A stretch of 63,893 nucleotides of DNA, counting the filler, from Ionaspis alba (Eukaryota), in NCBI GenBank assembly GCA_964255285.1. It is 4 parts of 4 records of this genome, joined end to end, with 100 filler letters (N's around TTAATTAATTAA, not from the genome) between each part and the next. Parts side by side here need not be neighbours in the genome. Positions count along the whole stretch, not along the records: positions 48,018 to 63,893 come from CAXUUL010000361.1; 3 more parts are not named here. The stretch is one strand, 5' to 3'. This document shows, one piece after another, positions 49,221 to 62,674 of this stretch. Numbering within the stretch: position 1 is the first letter of the stretch; each line of letters starts with the position of its first letter. Under the pieces are notes generated by a model. It was given only the letters and a program-made list of their open reading frames with translations, did not search any database and was not told the origin of the DNA. The translations under genes were made by a program, and so were the position numbers.

Positions 49221-50297
49221 TCACCCGTCCCCCGCCCTAAAACAACTCCACGCCCTCATCCTCCCCAACCTCTGTCTCACCTCCCCTTTCTCCTCAATCC
49301 CCACAATCGTCCCATCCTTCTCATCCTTCACGTCCGGCAGCTCAAGCCTATACCTCCTCACACTCCCTGCATCATCATCCCCCTCGTAGAAGTGCATCGG
49401 ACAGCTGCCTCGCAACCACTGAGGACTAATCCTGCGCCACAATCCTCGCAAACCCTTGGTTGAGCGATCAATTTTCTCGTACTCGCGGCGGCGGGTGGAG
49501 GGGGAGGTCCAGTCGATGATAGTTCGAGCTGGAGGAATCGATACCGAGGGCTTCTCTTCGTAGGCCTCGTCTGAGACTGGCGGTACCGATCGGACGATTG
49601 GCCGCATTTTGGACGGCGAAAGAGGCACAGCATCGTAACCACGAGCCAAAGCTCGCTGCGGATCGCAAAAGCCTGTGGGATGCTGCCCCGCAATCGCGCC
49701 ACCCAAGGACTGAAATATCTGACGAGCTCGCTGGTGACTGAGATAGGGGTTTTCCATCTTGGAGCGGTCGTAGACGGTCATGCTGCTTGTTCGGCTGGGG
49801 ATATTTGGGCGGGTGCGGTAGATGGGTGAGGAGAGGTCTCGAGACTTTAGGGAGGATCGGCGGGATGTTTGTCGGGAGCTTTCTCGGGTGGGCTTTGAGC
49901 GGCGGGTTGTTGAGCTGCGTCGGCTGGAGTTGTGGCTTCTGGAGGAAGTTTTGACTGATGGTGAGGTTGAGGATGGGGGATGTGCTGGGGGTGTGGTGGA
50001 GGACTGTGGAGGAGGGATAGCGGCATTGGTAGTGAGGGGCTGTTCCTCGTCTTGACTGGCTTGAGTTGTGCTAAACATAGCTGAGACTGAGTCGTGGAGA
50101 GCTGGTAGAGACTCCTCTGTTGCCGAGTCTGTCGTTGACATCTCTTCGTATCCACTGTCGGTCCTGCGAAATGACATTTTCTGTCCGGTCTCTTCAAGCT
50201 CGTGCCTAGATATCCTGCTAGGCTCTTGTTCGGAGTCCTGAGGTCGTGACAACGCCTCTGAGGCGGAAGAAGGGACGTTGCGTATCCCTAAGTCCAT
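49221..50297 (-). CDS. Conserved fungal hypothetical protein, Ser/Arg-rich
   Basis: 358-aa ORF; C-terminal block IDWTSPSTRRREYEKIDR..GLWRR..FYEGDDDAGSVRRYRL. Confidence 0.8.
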   Translation of the reverse strand: MDLGIRNVPSSASEALSRPQDSEQEPSRISRHELEETGQKMSFRRTDSGYEEMSTTDSATEESLPALHDSVSAMFSTTQASQDEEQPLTTNAAIPPPQSSTTPPAHPPSSTSPSVKTSSRSHNSSRRSSTTRRSKPTRESSRQTSRRSSLKSRDLSSPIYRTRPNIPSRTSSMTVYDRSKMENPYLSHQRARQIFQSLGGAIAGQHPTGFCDPQRALARGYDAVPLSPSKMRPIVRSVPPVSDEAYEEKPSVSIPPARTIIDWTSPSTRRREYEKIDRSTKGLRGLWRRISPQWLRGSCPMHFYEGDDDAGSVRRYRLELPDVKDEKDGTIVGIEEKGEVRQRLGRMRAWSCFRAGDG

Positions 50298-51473
50298 GTT
50301 GACTATGCCGAGATTTCCTCACGTTCTATTGGGAGCGCTGTGAGGTGCATATATGGTCCACAAGGATGGGATAGGAGTCCTAGCTCGTGAAACCGAGGCA
50401 GAGCATGATATACTGCAAAGAAGGGTGTCAGTCCATGGCAACGTGCTATCTAGTCATGAGATATACAATACTGGGTCAAGGAAGGGGAAGAGCTAACCTC
50501 CATCATGAGTCGAGTACCGATTGGAAAAGATATGACAGGTCGATAAGGAGTTTGCCAGCCATCATTTTATTCATGGTTCCAATGTTACAAAGTCTTAGCA
50601 AGACACTGTTCTATGAGAGAAATTTCCATGGAAGGAGATTTCCACCTAATATGTAACAAGTGAAGGGAAAACAGTTCGTCTCCACAAATGAAGTGGAGAC
50701 CATCAAATCACAAAGCCTCCGACACCGTTCTCGACCTAGAGCTAGAGAATTGTTGAAGAGTGGTCGAGCACTGGCCAATAGGTCCTCACGCCTCAAATCG
50801 ACGGCGTCATGCACAAATAGCATAGCGCTGGCTCCACTACTGCAACGGAGCAGGTGAATCCAGCCGATGGTAGTGGTTGTTTCCCGTGGTGGCGGCGGCG
50901 CCATCAATGCCAGGGCAAAATGTGACCCATTCCGTCAATGGCTTGCCCTGCCGTACGAGACCCTCTCGACAGAGGGAGCATAGATCTTCACGAGGGTGTC
51001 AGTCGGATCACGCAAATTGCCCAAATTCACATGTCAAATTTGTCGTTCGAAACTCTGGAGGTTTAGACGCTGAAGCAAGATCCGGCGGAAATCTGATACA
51101 TGGTTGGTCGGCCGTGAATAGGGAGATCATGCGCCCACATTAGAGCTACTAACGTGTCAGGCATTTCTGCACTAGTTGCGACAATACTTCTTCGTGCGCG
51201 TTAGTTTCTCCGTGAGAGATATCGCGGAGCGCAGCTGATGTGAAATTCCAAAACAAGGGGGGAAGACACTGCCGTTATACTGCCTAAGGTGACCGAACGC
51301 CCTGTTGCAGAACGGAAAATTACAGGCGATCACGGCAACGTATTGGGACTAGTGCGTTATCCTGGCTTAGCGTTTTACTTAGCTTCCTGCGGACTCGCAT
51401 CTCTGGTAATATATCGATTTCAATCCATATGGCCAGCGATTCAACACTTTTAATCGCTCCAAAAAGACGCTCT

Positions 51474-53276
51474 ATGTCACCCAAAGGTACGACAACTCAA
51501 ACTCATGCCATACTGCGCAACCATTCTAACTTTCGCAGCGCAACAGCATCCGGGTATCAGCAAAGCCACGCGACGTAGTTCACGCATACTAGCAATTGAG
51601 AAGAGCTCCAAATCTCAGACGAATACTGAGCAGCAAGCTCGATACTCAACGAAGCAAGAGGTATGTATGCGTCGACTTTTGCCATTGTCGATGATCTAAT
51701 GTGGCTTGCGAAGAACCTCCTGAATTCACAACAAATCCAGCAACGAGCCGTCAAGACAAGAAAGCGACATCAAGATCCTGAGAACCATACATCGACCGAA
51801 CGGCCAAGGAAGCGTTTACAAACTAGGAATCTTCTCCAAACGAGGTCTGACGAGCACGCGGAGAAACGAAAGAGACCTCAAGAAGACAACGTTCCCTCCC
51901 GCGCTTCGCCTGAGCCGTCCTCAAAACGAATACGAACATCTGCAGCTCCAGTCAGCAACCCAGTTAGAAAGACAATCAGCGAGGCTCGGGTTGACTACTG
52001 GAGGGAGACCGGAACCTGGCCGACAGAAGAACAAGAGGCAACAATGGATCGTTTTCGAGAGCTTGTCAATAATACGCGTGCAAGAAAACGATCGCTGAGC
52101 CGTAAACGCTCAAACGCCTCCTTAGCCTCGGAAACAACCCCGACACAGATTACGAGCAGCATGTCGCTGTCGCGGGATCAGAAGTGTGCCCCGTACAGGC
52201 ATCCACTTTTTCAACGTCAACTGAAGGAGTGCGGCAGCTTTATGGATGATCACGAACTCGGCATTACAGCGGAAAGCGAAAAACTTTGCCAGCAGCTCCT
52301 GAAAGTACCACAACCAACGCCTCAGCATACTCTTTTCTCCGATGATGAACTGTTCAAGAAGACGTGTAGAAGGATCAAAGGCGAGAACGAGACAAAAGTT
52401 GTCCGCGATATTTCGCAGCTCATTGTTCCGTCAGCTGAGATACTGGCTGATAAGGGAGCCAAACGCCTCGCCATTCTCCGAGAGACTACCAACGCATGCT
52501 GGGCCAATTCCATCCCTTTCATCAATCTTCCTACTTCTCGTTCTCGTTCTGGTCCCGGACCTCGACCGCAGCCAGATTTTGGACTTGGATTCGACAGAGA
52601 CGCTTTTAATCAGGAACAGCTGCGAAAGCTTCAACCATTTCTTGGCGACCTCCTCGCTGATTCCTCCTTCTTTGCGGCCACTTATCAGATGTATTTTCCA
52701 TTTCTTACCAGCGAGGTGAAGTGCGGAGACGGCGAACTTGACGTTGCTGATCGACAGAATGCTTACGCTCAGTCTGTCATCTTGCGCGGTCTGCACTCAC
52801 TTTTCCAGCTGGTAGGCCGAGAGAAAGAACTGCATCGGGAGATGAATGGCTTTTCAATATCTCATAACGACGAGGATGTGAGAATCTGGGGCCACTACCC
52901 CATTATTGATGGAAAAGATGTCAAGTTTTATCGACATTTGATCTCGAAGTTTATCTTTGTGCCATCCGGGGAAGGAGATCAGAGGTGGAAAGCCTACAAG
53001 TTCGTTAAAAATGTTTACGATTTGTGGCTTCCCAAGCACTTTGAAAGAATCTGCTCCGTTATCGACATGCTACCGGCCGACATGAACTTTGATGTCTCTG
53101 AGCAGGATCAGGAACTGGCATCTTCACGCTCAGGACTGTCCCAACATCTCGAAGATCACAGCTTAACCGATGGACAAGTGATACCAGAGAGCCAGCCAAA
53201 CGTCCAGCCAACTACCCCAGACACAACGATCCAGACTGGTTCCAGCAACTCAAAGAAGAAAAAGAAGAAGCAATGA
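51474..53276 (+). CDS. DUF7924-like protein (PD-(D/E)xK-like motifs); two short 5' introns; alternative start at 51429
   Basis: NETKVVRDISQLIVPSAE, PQPDFGLGF, YFPFLTSEVKCG..LDVADRQNA, FSISH..VRIWGHY; basic NLS-like ends. Confidence 0.82.
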
Positions 53277-53918
53277 CTTACATCATCTCACCATTCCGCG
53301 TGGGCTCGGCTGTATCTCTCGCGACAGGCGTTGGGTGCACGGAAGAGGGGGACTGGGTCTTCGGTAAAATTTTCAAGCATGGGGGAATAGGGAAATGTTT
53401 TCTTTGGTACCTGTCTCTAGTATGGAGGGCTTGGGATTGTGTGGGGGAAAGCAGGCAATGCAGGATCCAGGTGTCCGGAGTTGGGCGTAGGAATTGGTGA
53501 TTAGAGGAAATGGAATTGGAGATTAGGGAATTGGGAAGGATATTATGGGGGCTAAATATAGGTGAATCTGGGTCTTTGGGGTATCCAGGGCACAGGTGAC
53601 GGGCTGTGGAAATGGCTAGAGGATCTGGAAGAGGGAGGTTCGGGGAGGAGACTCGGTGATCTGGGAAGGGAGATGGAGGAACTGGGTAATGGGGTCAAGG
53701 AAAGGAGCCCACAAGTGTTGAAAACGTGTAATTAGTTTCGTATTGCACGGGGATTAGTGTAGAGAATCAGGATGCAGGAAATAGAACAAGAAGCAAGATA
53801 TCATGATAGTAATTTAATAGTCTTGAATAATAAGGAGGAAGCGTTGAGCAACATGCCATCTAGATACCTCAAACTTTTCCCACCACGGTGAATCCAACAC
53901 ATGACGTGGTATCTATAT

Positions 53919-55596
53919 TTACTCTTTATCCTCAATCGACGCCTTTTTCATATCTTCTGCAACGTCTGCGTCGGCATCCTTCTCCTGCGCCAATTCCGCT
54001 GATGCAGATGCCCCATTAATGCCTTGATGAGCCATAGCGGGCTTCTTGGCAGTGTCGTGGGTTCGTCGTGGTGGCTCCTCCGCTTCAGCTTCGAGGCGAT
54101 CAATCTCTGCTTGGGCTTTGGCGATGTTCTAAGGTCTTGTCAGTACACTAGAGTTATATGCAGCTTGGTATTGATATATACCTCTTTCGTTTTCTTGTCT
54201 TGATCATTTTTCCAGTGGTCAAGCTTGGCCTTCAACTTCTCCAACAAGGGGGGAACGTCCGACTGCTTCATTGGTGGTTCGACATTGACCTTGCCCAATT
54301 CCTCGATGACTCCCATGCTCAGGTTGAACTTGCCTTCTGTAGGCGTAGATGCGGCCGCATCCTTCTTCGCCTTCTTGCCCTTCTTACCGCCCGTTCCCAT
54401 GAAGTAGGTGTCATCCCGGTCTTCTTTCTTTGAGATCTTTGTGCCCTTGATTGCCGAGTCGTCGATATTTCGTTGGGCTTCGGCCGCAAATCCGCTAGGA
54501 CCCCGCAAAGACTTGGACGCAGCAGGTGCAGAAGGGTCGAAATACCGGATGAGGCCCTCAGTGGTTAAGATCTCGTCCATGTAAGCAGGTTCACTTGCTT
54601 CTTCAAGCTTCTTGTCCGCAATCTTCCTCCTCTTCTCTTTCAGATAGGCATCGTGTTCGGCCTTCTGCCTCTCTTGTCTCTGTCTCCATTGCTGCTGTTC
54701 GTAGTCCCGATACGCGACTCTGGCCTTGTGGTACTGATCCTTGATGTCTCGCATGGCAGAATACTTTGCCTGCTGGTCAGCCTGAAGTTTCGTTCGTTCA
54801 TCCCGCAGTGAGCTCAAGCTTTTGTAGGCATCATCCTGCTCGGCCTTGATCCCGTCCAAAGTCTTCGCGATTTTGGTGTACTTCTCGCTGAGAGCATTCG
54901 CCTCGGGATTGTCCAGACCTTTCCTGAGCTCAGTAACTTGCGCCTTAATGTCGTCAATGCCCTTCTGCGCCTCGTCGAAGCCAGCAAAGCCTTTCCTCTG
55001 TTTCCGTAAGCTCGTGATCTCAGCCAATGCCTTTTTCTCGTCCACGAGCTTCATGGTTCCGGCATCGACTTGTTTCTCGAGGCTCTGGATTTTCCGATCG
55101 ACTTCTTCGACATTCTTGAATGCAACTCGGCTGCGGGCAGTCTTCTGTTCGGCGACACGAGACTTGAGTTGACTGTCGAGGTTACTGATCTTGTCCTGTA
55201 TGTTCCCTCTCGATGATTTGAAACCAGATTGTTGCTGTCTAATGGAGGCAAGTTCGGCGCGGAGCTCCTGTTGTCTTTTGGCCACGGGGGAATCCTTATC
55301 TCGAGGTTTGGTAAGATCGAGTTTAGCTTTTATGGCATTCTAGAAGACGTGGATCAGTATACATACACATATATATGTGTGAAACAAGAAAGGGAAGGCC
55401 ATGAAGGAGAAGAAGGAGATCAACTTACCAATTTTTCCTGTGCAGCAGCATGTTCTTTTTCCGCTTTGGCCAGGTCCTGTTTGTACTGGACCTCATCGGG
55501 CTTTTCAGGTTTAGCTTTGTGTGATTTCTCAGCAGTGTCTGCAGCTGAAGGGCCCATTGACATGTCGATTGCCGACGGTGTAGCGACATCAGCCAT
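53919..55596 (-). CDS. BFR1: Nuclear segregation/mRNP protein Bfr1
   Basis: KPEKPDE; coiled coil; MKLVDEKKALAEI..LRKQRK; ASEPAYMDEI; YFMGTGGKKGKK. Confidence 0.92.
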
Positions 55597-55934
55597 GTTT
55601 GTGTCTTGCACTCGTGCAGGAGGGGAACAAAGAAATTAGTCAAGTAATAATCCCAGAGTTTTACTTAGACATGAAATACTAGCATGGAACGTGTAGTCGT
55701 AGGCTCATTAGAAGTGAAGAATAATTTCTAAGTGTGGGGGAAATGTGTCTGGAATTTGTATGGAGCTTCAATCAGCCCAAACTCTAAATTTATTTCATCC
55801 TTGGCTTGCATGGCATCACACTAGTGCTCCCACTTCGTATTTCCAGAAGCCAGTCCAAACCTCAACTCGATCAGCTCGGAAGCAAATCTGCTCTACTGGC
55901 TCTCTGAGCAGTTTGACCGTTCCATCTCTCCAAT

Positions 55935-56777
55935 ATGGACTCAGATATCGCCCTGCGCCCAGGTGCGGAGGAGGATCGTGAGGTCGTCCGGTTATGGCGA
56001 TGCTGGCGGACAGTGAAAGAAATGTGTCAGGACAGAGTATGCGCCTAACTCCCCACAGTCAGAGGCAGTCCCAGAGAGATGTTGATATCTTGATCTAGGG
56101 CTACGAACTCTCCGAAGAAGAAGTTCAAATCTCTCTTGCAGATTTCCGGAGTCAATACTGCCGCAACGGAGTTCCAGAGTGAGTCCTAGTTATCCCAGCA
56201 CCTGGCAACTGATCTTCGAATCCACGCTGATCAACGCCCTCCGCGAATAAGCCGCAAAATGATGACCTTCCAAGCCAAACCCTCCGATGCCATGATAGAA
56301 AAATACTCCCCACCTCCCACAGCCTCAGGTCGCGAGTCAACAACCCCGGTAATCGGCACGATCTGCGTCGAGTTCAGCAACGATTCCTCCATCGGCATCA
56401 AGCAAATGCGCGCTTTCTGCCACCACATCGCCGCCCAGAACTACACCACCGGGATCCTGGTCACCATGGCCTCCATCACACCCGCAGCCCTGAAGATCGT
56501 CCCCGCCGTGCTCCCCAAAATCGTTGAGACGTTTCAGGAACAGGACTTGCTGGTTAATATCACGCATCACGAACTGGTGCCGAAGCATGTGCTCTTGAGT
56601 GCGGAGGAGAAGAGGCGATTGCTAGAGAGATATAGGTTGAAGGAGAGTCAGCTGCCTAGGATACAGACAGGGGATCCGGTAGCTAAGTATCTGGGACTAA
56701 GGAGAGGGCAGGTGGTAAAGATTATTCGGAAAAGTGAGACGGCGGGACGGTATGCTAGCTATCGGTGGGCAATATGA
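55935..56777 (+). CDS. RPB5: RNA polymerase I/II/III shared subunit RPB5
   Basis: [66 protein letters not shown]. Confidence 0.97.
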
Positions 56778-57422
56778 AGGGGCTGTGGGGAAACAATAAT
56801 GCGCATTATGCCTTGGAGGGTTCGGATCTGAGTCGAAGCTTTGCAGATCATGGAGAAGTCGAACCTCATGCCGCAGCGACCAGGAGTTTGGAGGCTAGAA
56901 GCCCGAATAAAAAGGATTCGGCGCTTCTTGTGGGTAAGTATATCATCTAGTCGCAATATCAGATGATATGTTGGTCGCATATCAAGGGGATCCAATAGGG
57001 ATTATGCACGATTCCAGAATTCCTCGATCCCATCAGGATAATGAATTTGACACCTAGTGCAATGACCTTAACATTTAATGCATTGCACTTGATGATATGA
57101 AATTCAGGCACAATATTTTGGTGTGAAACATAATGGATTGACCCTCCAAGACTACCCTATACCCAAACCAATTGGTATCATCGCAGAAAAGAAACCAAGC
57201 CTCCATCGTGATATGACGCCTGTAATCCATGAACTCATAAAAACGAACGCTGTCATCAGAATAATCGACCAAGAGACACCGAACTCTAGTAAGCCTCTGT
57301 AAGTGAGTTAGAATCGGTTCCAGTTTTTGTACATGATTTAGGGGGTCTGTTAGACCACCCGGAAAGCTCCCAATACAAGGGTGTTGTATTTCCAGTCGAA
57401 GAATTCGACGAAGAACCACTTC

Positions 57423-59014
57423 TCAAAAATGGTTACTCCTAGCCGACGTCGGTGGGGACGATGCCTCCTGAGACGGGGATGATGCCTCCGGAGGCGTGAT
57501 GGAGTCCGGGATACCGCCGACATCTTCCAGCAAGACTCGACTACCACGCGGCGACCTCTGCCGCATAGCCGGATTCAAAAGTGGATGCAAGGAATAGGTC
57601 GCACTCGATGGAGCCGACACAGACGCGCAACTCATCCTCCTCGGAGCATTATCTCCCAGCAGGCCCCCGACGTCAAAGAATGACATCCGGCGAGGCGTGA
57701 GAATCGAAACATCAAGAGGTGACGTCGGCGAGTCCCTCTCAAGCTCCCTGATCTTGAGATCCGTCTCCGTCGTCTCGAGGGACTCTCGCCCGGGAAATGT
57801 CCAGCTTGGCTGAGCAGGAGTCACAGCAGTCGACTGAGATGCCAAAGGAAGGACTGCAGGTGCCGGTCTTGCAATGGACGGTTTATCTGCAGCAAAATCC
57901 GGACCTAGCCGTAGACCTAAATCGCCCACTAGGTCGATGTCGCTCCCCCAGCTTAGACCTTGCCTCGGACGGGTTTTGGCGGTCGCGGGTCGGTCGAGTT
58001 CACTACCTCCGCTCGTGCTGCCGAATTTGAACTTCTGCTTCTTCACGCCGCGGTCTCGGACGAAAGATCCGAGGACGAGGGCGTTGGATACGGCTGCTGC
58101 GGCGAGGATTTCGAGGGAGGCCATAAGGGAGCGAAATTGTTGGTTTGATTGCCGTTCGATTGTTCCGTACATTCTGTAGATGGTGATAGCAACAAGGACA
58201 GACGAAAGACCAAACAAGAGGACCAACGAAATCTTCCTAGTTATTCTTAGCTGGAGGTAAACAGCGAGGAAAGATGCTAAGACCTACCGAGTGACTCTCA
58301 TGCTCAAAGACAGCACGATGGGGATTGGAAATATGACGAGGACAAGATCCGTAATAATATCGGAGACTCCCATAGTGATCAGTTGTGCATATCCTTGTCG
58401 GCATTGGGCACCTGGATCTGGGACGACCTGCCAGTAGTGGTTGAACGGTTGACATTCAAGCAGCGTGGCAAGGACGACAGCGATGAACGTGCCAAGCAGG
58501 AAGTATCGGATGAGCTGAAGCATAGTCTGATAAGATGTTTTCCATATCGGTTTACATAAACGTTTCAGGAACTCGCAGATGGTGAGCTTTGCAGTCCAGA
58601 GACTAAATAATATCTGTATCAGCACCTAGAATGGAAGCTTGGCTGCAGAGGTACCTACAATGCGGCATAGAGAATCCTAGCCGGCAAGACAAACTTGCTT
58701 CCCATTTCTCGATGCCACAGATCGTCAGCAGGCAGTCCATCGGTAATGGTGTTGTTTGTTCCCCATCTCAGAATCAAGTGCACGAAAGCCATTCTTCCCA
58801 GCAGCGGTAAGATACTCCACGCCATAATCCGATCCTCCTTGAACAGCTTTTCCGTTCTGATATAGCGTCCAGATAACCGGACAATAATAATGACCAAAGC
58901 AAATGCAGTACACCACCACGAGACTAGCAACGTAGGATTATTGTGAATCGAGTTCTGCGCCGGCGGCGGACTCGAGTACAGTGCCCGAGGTACTAATTCC
59001 GGTGGGATATACAT
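57423..59014 (-). CDS. PTH11-like (rhodopsin-domain) integral membrane protein, 3 exons
   Basis: [55 protein letters not shown] motifs. Confidence 0.88.
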
Positions 59015-62000
59015 TGCTGACGGCGATGCCCACCAACCTCCGAAGAGGAGGCGAGCGTGGGAGAGAAACGCGGAGATGAGCGCGATGCGATCACCTTGAT
59101 GTGCTGCTGAGTTCAAAAGAAGAGGGTCTTCTCCATATCGGTGATCTGACGGAAGCTCGGACCATGCTAGTGAACTCGAGGCTCTAGCCGGAAGTCTAGA
59201 TGCCTCGGCGAGCTGAACGGTAGTCGTACGGTGTCAACGCTGGACTGTGCTACCGAGGAGATGATGATGATATTGGTGGGAGGAGCCAAAATTATGCGTT
59301 GCGAGAGTGCTGGACTCGAGGTTGTAGCAAAGCAAAAGGGAAAGGGAAGGGTCATAATGGATGTTGCATAGATAGGTTAGGGCCAGATTGGAGGGCGGAT
59401 GTGAGGGTGGGTTGCTGATGGTTGCTTCGCTGGGGGACGATGATTTGCCAGCTTCAGACCGCCCAGGAGGAGCGGAAGTCATATTCGCAGCGAAAGGGTC
59501 AGGCCGCCTACCGATAATGATTCCAACAGGTTGGCCTAACGCCTGGAAGTGGGAACGGCAAGAATCGTGGCGCATGACAGTCAATCAGTGATGGTGGATT
59601 CGTGTTCCTTCGCTTTCACAGAGGCGAACCAGCAATAGTTGAAGTTCTCAAATCAATGGATTCTGTCCCACCTTAGCGGTCACATCGTCGGGCAAATCCA
59701 GATCGTGAGTGGTGGTGGGCCGCGCTGAGGTGACCCCGGAGAACCCCCAAACTTGCCAGCCCTCCCCCCCGGCATGGCAGATTGTGCCGTACGTGGGCAT
59801 AGAGCACGCGACAGAATTCCTTGCTGAGCACTTCTACAATTACAGCAGATGTTCGGCTCATTTCAGATCTCTGTACAGACAACACGATTATGGTCCAACT
59901 GATGCCGACTGAAGTTGATCATGCTATTCTTGTTCGACATAGCCTACAACGTTACACCAACCTTCTTTTTTTCCAAGACGTTGGACATTGCACTAATCCT
60001 TATTTGACAGCTCCCGATAGACCGTATATCGCCAGGGCGTCGTGGCACAGCGTCAATCGAGCGGTTAGTGTGGGGGTATGGTTGTACATGAATCTGGCGG
60101 AGGTCGCCAATGTTCAATCTTCACAAAGATGATACACCATATATGCGGTATGCGCTCAAGTACCAATCGGAAAACCTTCATCATGAATATCCCGTTTTAA
60201 AATATGGTTATTCAACTATCACTTTCTCCCAGCTGCTTCAGCGCCTTCATTCCGCAGCTGTCGTGCCTCGGCATGAGATCGGGCCTTTTCCCACTTTCTT
60301 TTGCGATTTGTCAGAGATCATATCCACCCTCAATCGACTAGACAGCCCTTGACGGGTAAAATAGGCGTGAAGTGTCCAAGTACACCATTTGAGACTTTTC
60401 AGACACTAACCCAAGTCTGCTCATTGAAGCTGCTGGACTTCCCAATCGGAAGAGAGGTAATCCTTTCTGATGAGCTAACCCTGGCCGAAACACTCCACAT
60501 GCTCAGGAGTCTTTGTAAACATCAACGGGACGAATCCAGTTCGGTTGAGAAGCCCGAGCAGAGGGTTTCATTTATCCTGCATGGTACTTGTTGTGCTTCA
60601 AGCCCTTGATAGAAGTTCCGGCAAATCCGAGCGTAAAGTCTATGCCAGCACTGTCACCAGTATAGCTAGATTTCCGATTTCAAATGTGCCTTATGGCTAC
60701 TGATGCTCTCACGATACACATTGTATCCGTTGGTTCGTGCAAGGCTGGTTGTCCGCAGTATGGTGACCTCATGCCTTGCATGCCCAAAAGGTTTCCAGAT
60801 TGGGTCGATTGACCGGGGGACATGGTTCAATCGATGACAACGTTTTACCGATTGTGATTCCTCATGAGGGAAAGACTTCGGTGAACAGATATGGAAGTAA
60901 TTACGCCTGATGGAATCACAAAGCATCAAACAGACGCGTAGACCAAGTCGAAGTGTCGAACACTCGATGAAAGATCCTAATATCATAGAAGCGTGTTAGC
61001 AGGCCAAGAGGGCTTATACTCATTGTACCCAAAACAAGAGTTGAGCTTGGTATGGCGAGTTAAGAAACCTTGACGAAATGAAGGTACCAGTAGAAAATGA
61101 AACAACCATGCAGACACTTGAGGAATAACAGCCTCTGACACCACAAGCAGCACACCACAAGAGCCTTCCAGGTTCGTCCATTGAATCCTAGAAATGAATA
61201 GACCAAAGCGTCGAAAGAGAGTAAATGGCTGTGGTGGCTCGCCAATCTACTTCAACAGGCAGTGATAGAATCACGGTGTATGCTTCACTAATTCAACATT
61301 CATCAAAAGTCAAGAAGAACTAAAACAACGGTCCAGATCAGAGTCCCACGGTCAACCATGGCACGAATAATAATAAGGTCAAGGAGAAAGCTTCTCAACG
61401 AGCCACAACCTTGAATATGACGAAATTGGCGGCCGTTGTTGCCCTGACGAAATCTCACCTTTCCCCCACTTCCATTGTCAACAAGCCAGGGATTAGGATA
61501 GAACCCTTCAAAGATCTGCTACGGGTACGACATCCAATGCCACATCCTCCTATATCTATCGTATCGCTTTGCAGTGTGAAGTCTGTAGAAACAAGTAGAT
61601 GAGCATGAGTACTTGAACGAGATGCATGTTGTTATGGACGATGATGCTGCCCAAGCCAGCAAACCCGCCTCCCTAAGAGTGCCCAACCACCGGACCGAGA
61701 CGTCGAAACCTTGATGCGCCCGCAACGCAAACCACTTTCTTGCGTCAACAGTCCTTGGTCGGGAGCAATACCACCTCCGCAGCAGGCTTCAATTCTTCCA
61801 TGTCCAGTATACATCTCCACTTTCATTCACCTACCGTTTCCTTCGTCCGTGTTGCACACGTTATTCACTTTTAATCGCTTACATGTCGTTACCTTGACGT
61901 CAATAAACCGTCGAAGGCGCATCATCCTACCCGCTTGCGAATCCACTTCATATCCACGACAATCTGCAGCTGTTCCAGCGCAACAAGTCTTCAGTTCTCT

Positions 62001-62020
62001 ACGCCCTCTATCTGTGAGCC

Positions 62021-62674
62021 ATGGCTCCTCTACCCCCAGAGTCATTATCATCCTGGATCAATCACTCGCCTCCCGCCCTCTTCTTCGATCGCGCCCTCCG
62101 ATCCATACAACGCCTCGCTCCTCGCTCCTCGCCACAGCCATCAAGAACAACATCAATCCGATCTTTACAACCACTCACAAGATCCATAACCGCCCTTCTC
62201 CGTCGCCAAACCATCCTTCCCATCCCAGCCACCTACAGCGGCCTCGACGCCGGTCCGGAGCCTGGCACCGTCGTCGGCATAACCCTTGGCTCCGTCGCCG
62301 GCTTTCTCCTCATCCTCTGGCTCCTCTACACCTGTTTCAATCTCGGAGGCGGCGGTGGCCGCACAGTAGTCGAAGAAGAAGTGGTCCGTCGACGTTCAAG
62401 ATCCCCACCACGGAGGAGTAGATCGCGGAGCGAGACGATCGAGATACGGAGTCCGCCGCGGAGAGAAGCGAGTCGGAGAGAAACGATTGTTGTTTCGGAG
62501 ACAAGAAGACCGGCAGAGAGGGAAGATGATATCGTTGAGGTAATTGAGGAGCACAGCCCCCCGCCTAGGCGGGTGAGCAGGACGCAAAGGGTCAGTGGTG
62601 GCTATAGGACTGTGGATCCGGATGCGTATGGAGGCGGTGATAGACCGGTGAGGAAGGTCAGTCGGAGGGGATGA
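62021..62674 (+). CDS. Conserved fungal single-pass membrane protein with an Arg/Ser/Glu-rich tail
   Basis: IPATYSGLDAGPEPGTVVGITLGSVAGFLLILWLLY TM; DDIVEVIEEHSPP; GYRTVDP. Confidence 0.8.
   Translation: MAPLPPESLSSWINHSPPALFFDRALRSIQRLAPRSSPQPSRTTSIRSLQPLTRSITALLRRQTILPIPATYSGLDAGPEPGTVVGITLGSVAGFLLILWLLYTCFNLGGGGGRTVVEEEVVRRRSRSPPRRSRSRSETIEIRSPPRREASRRETIVVSETRRPAEREDDIVEVIEEHSPPPRRVSRTQRVSGGYRTVDPDAYGGGDRPVRKVSRRG

Noticed and set aside
59015..62020. 3-kb stretch between divergent genes
   Set aside because: Only short motif-less ORFs; no repeat, RNA gene or splice model found, so treated as long UTR/promoter sequence
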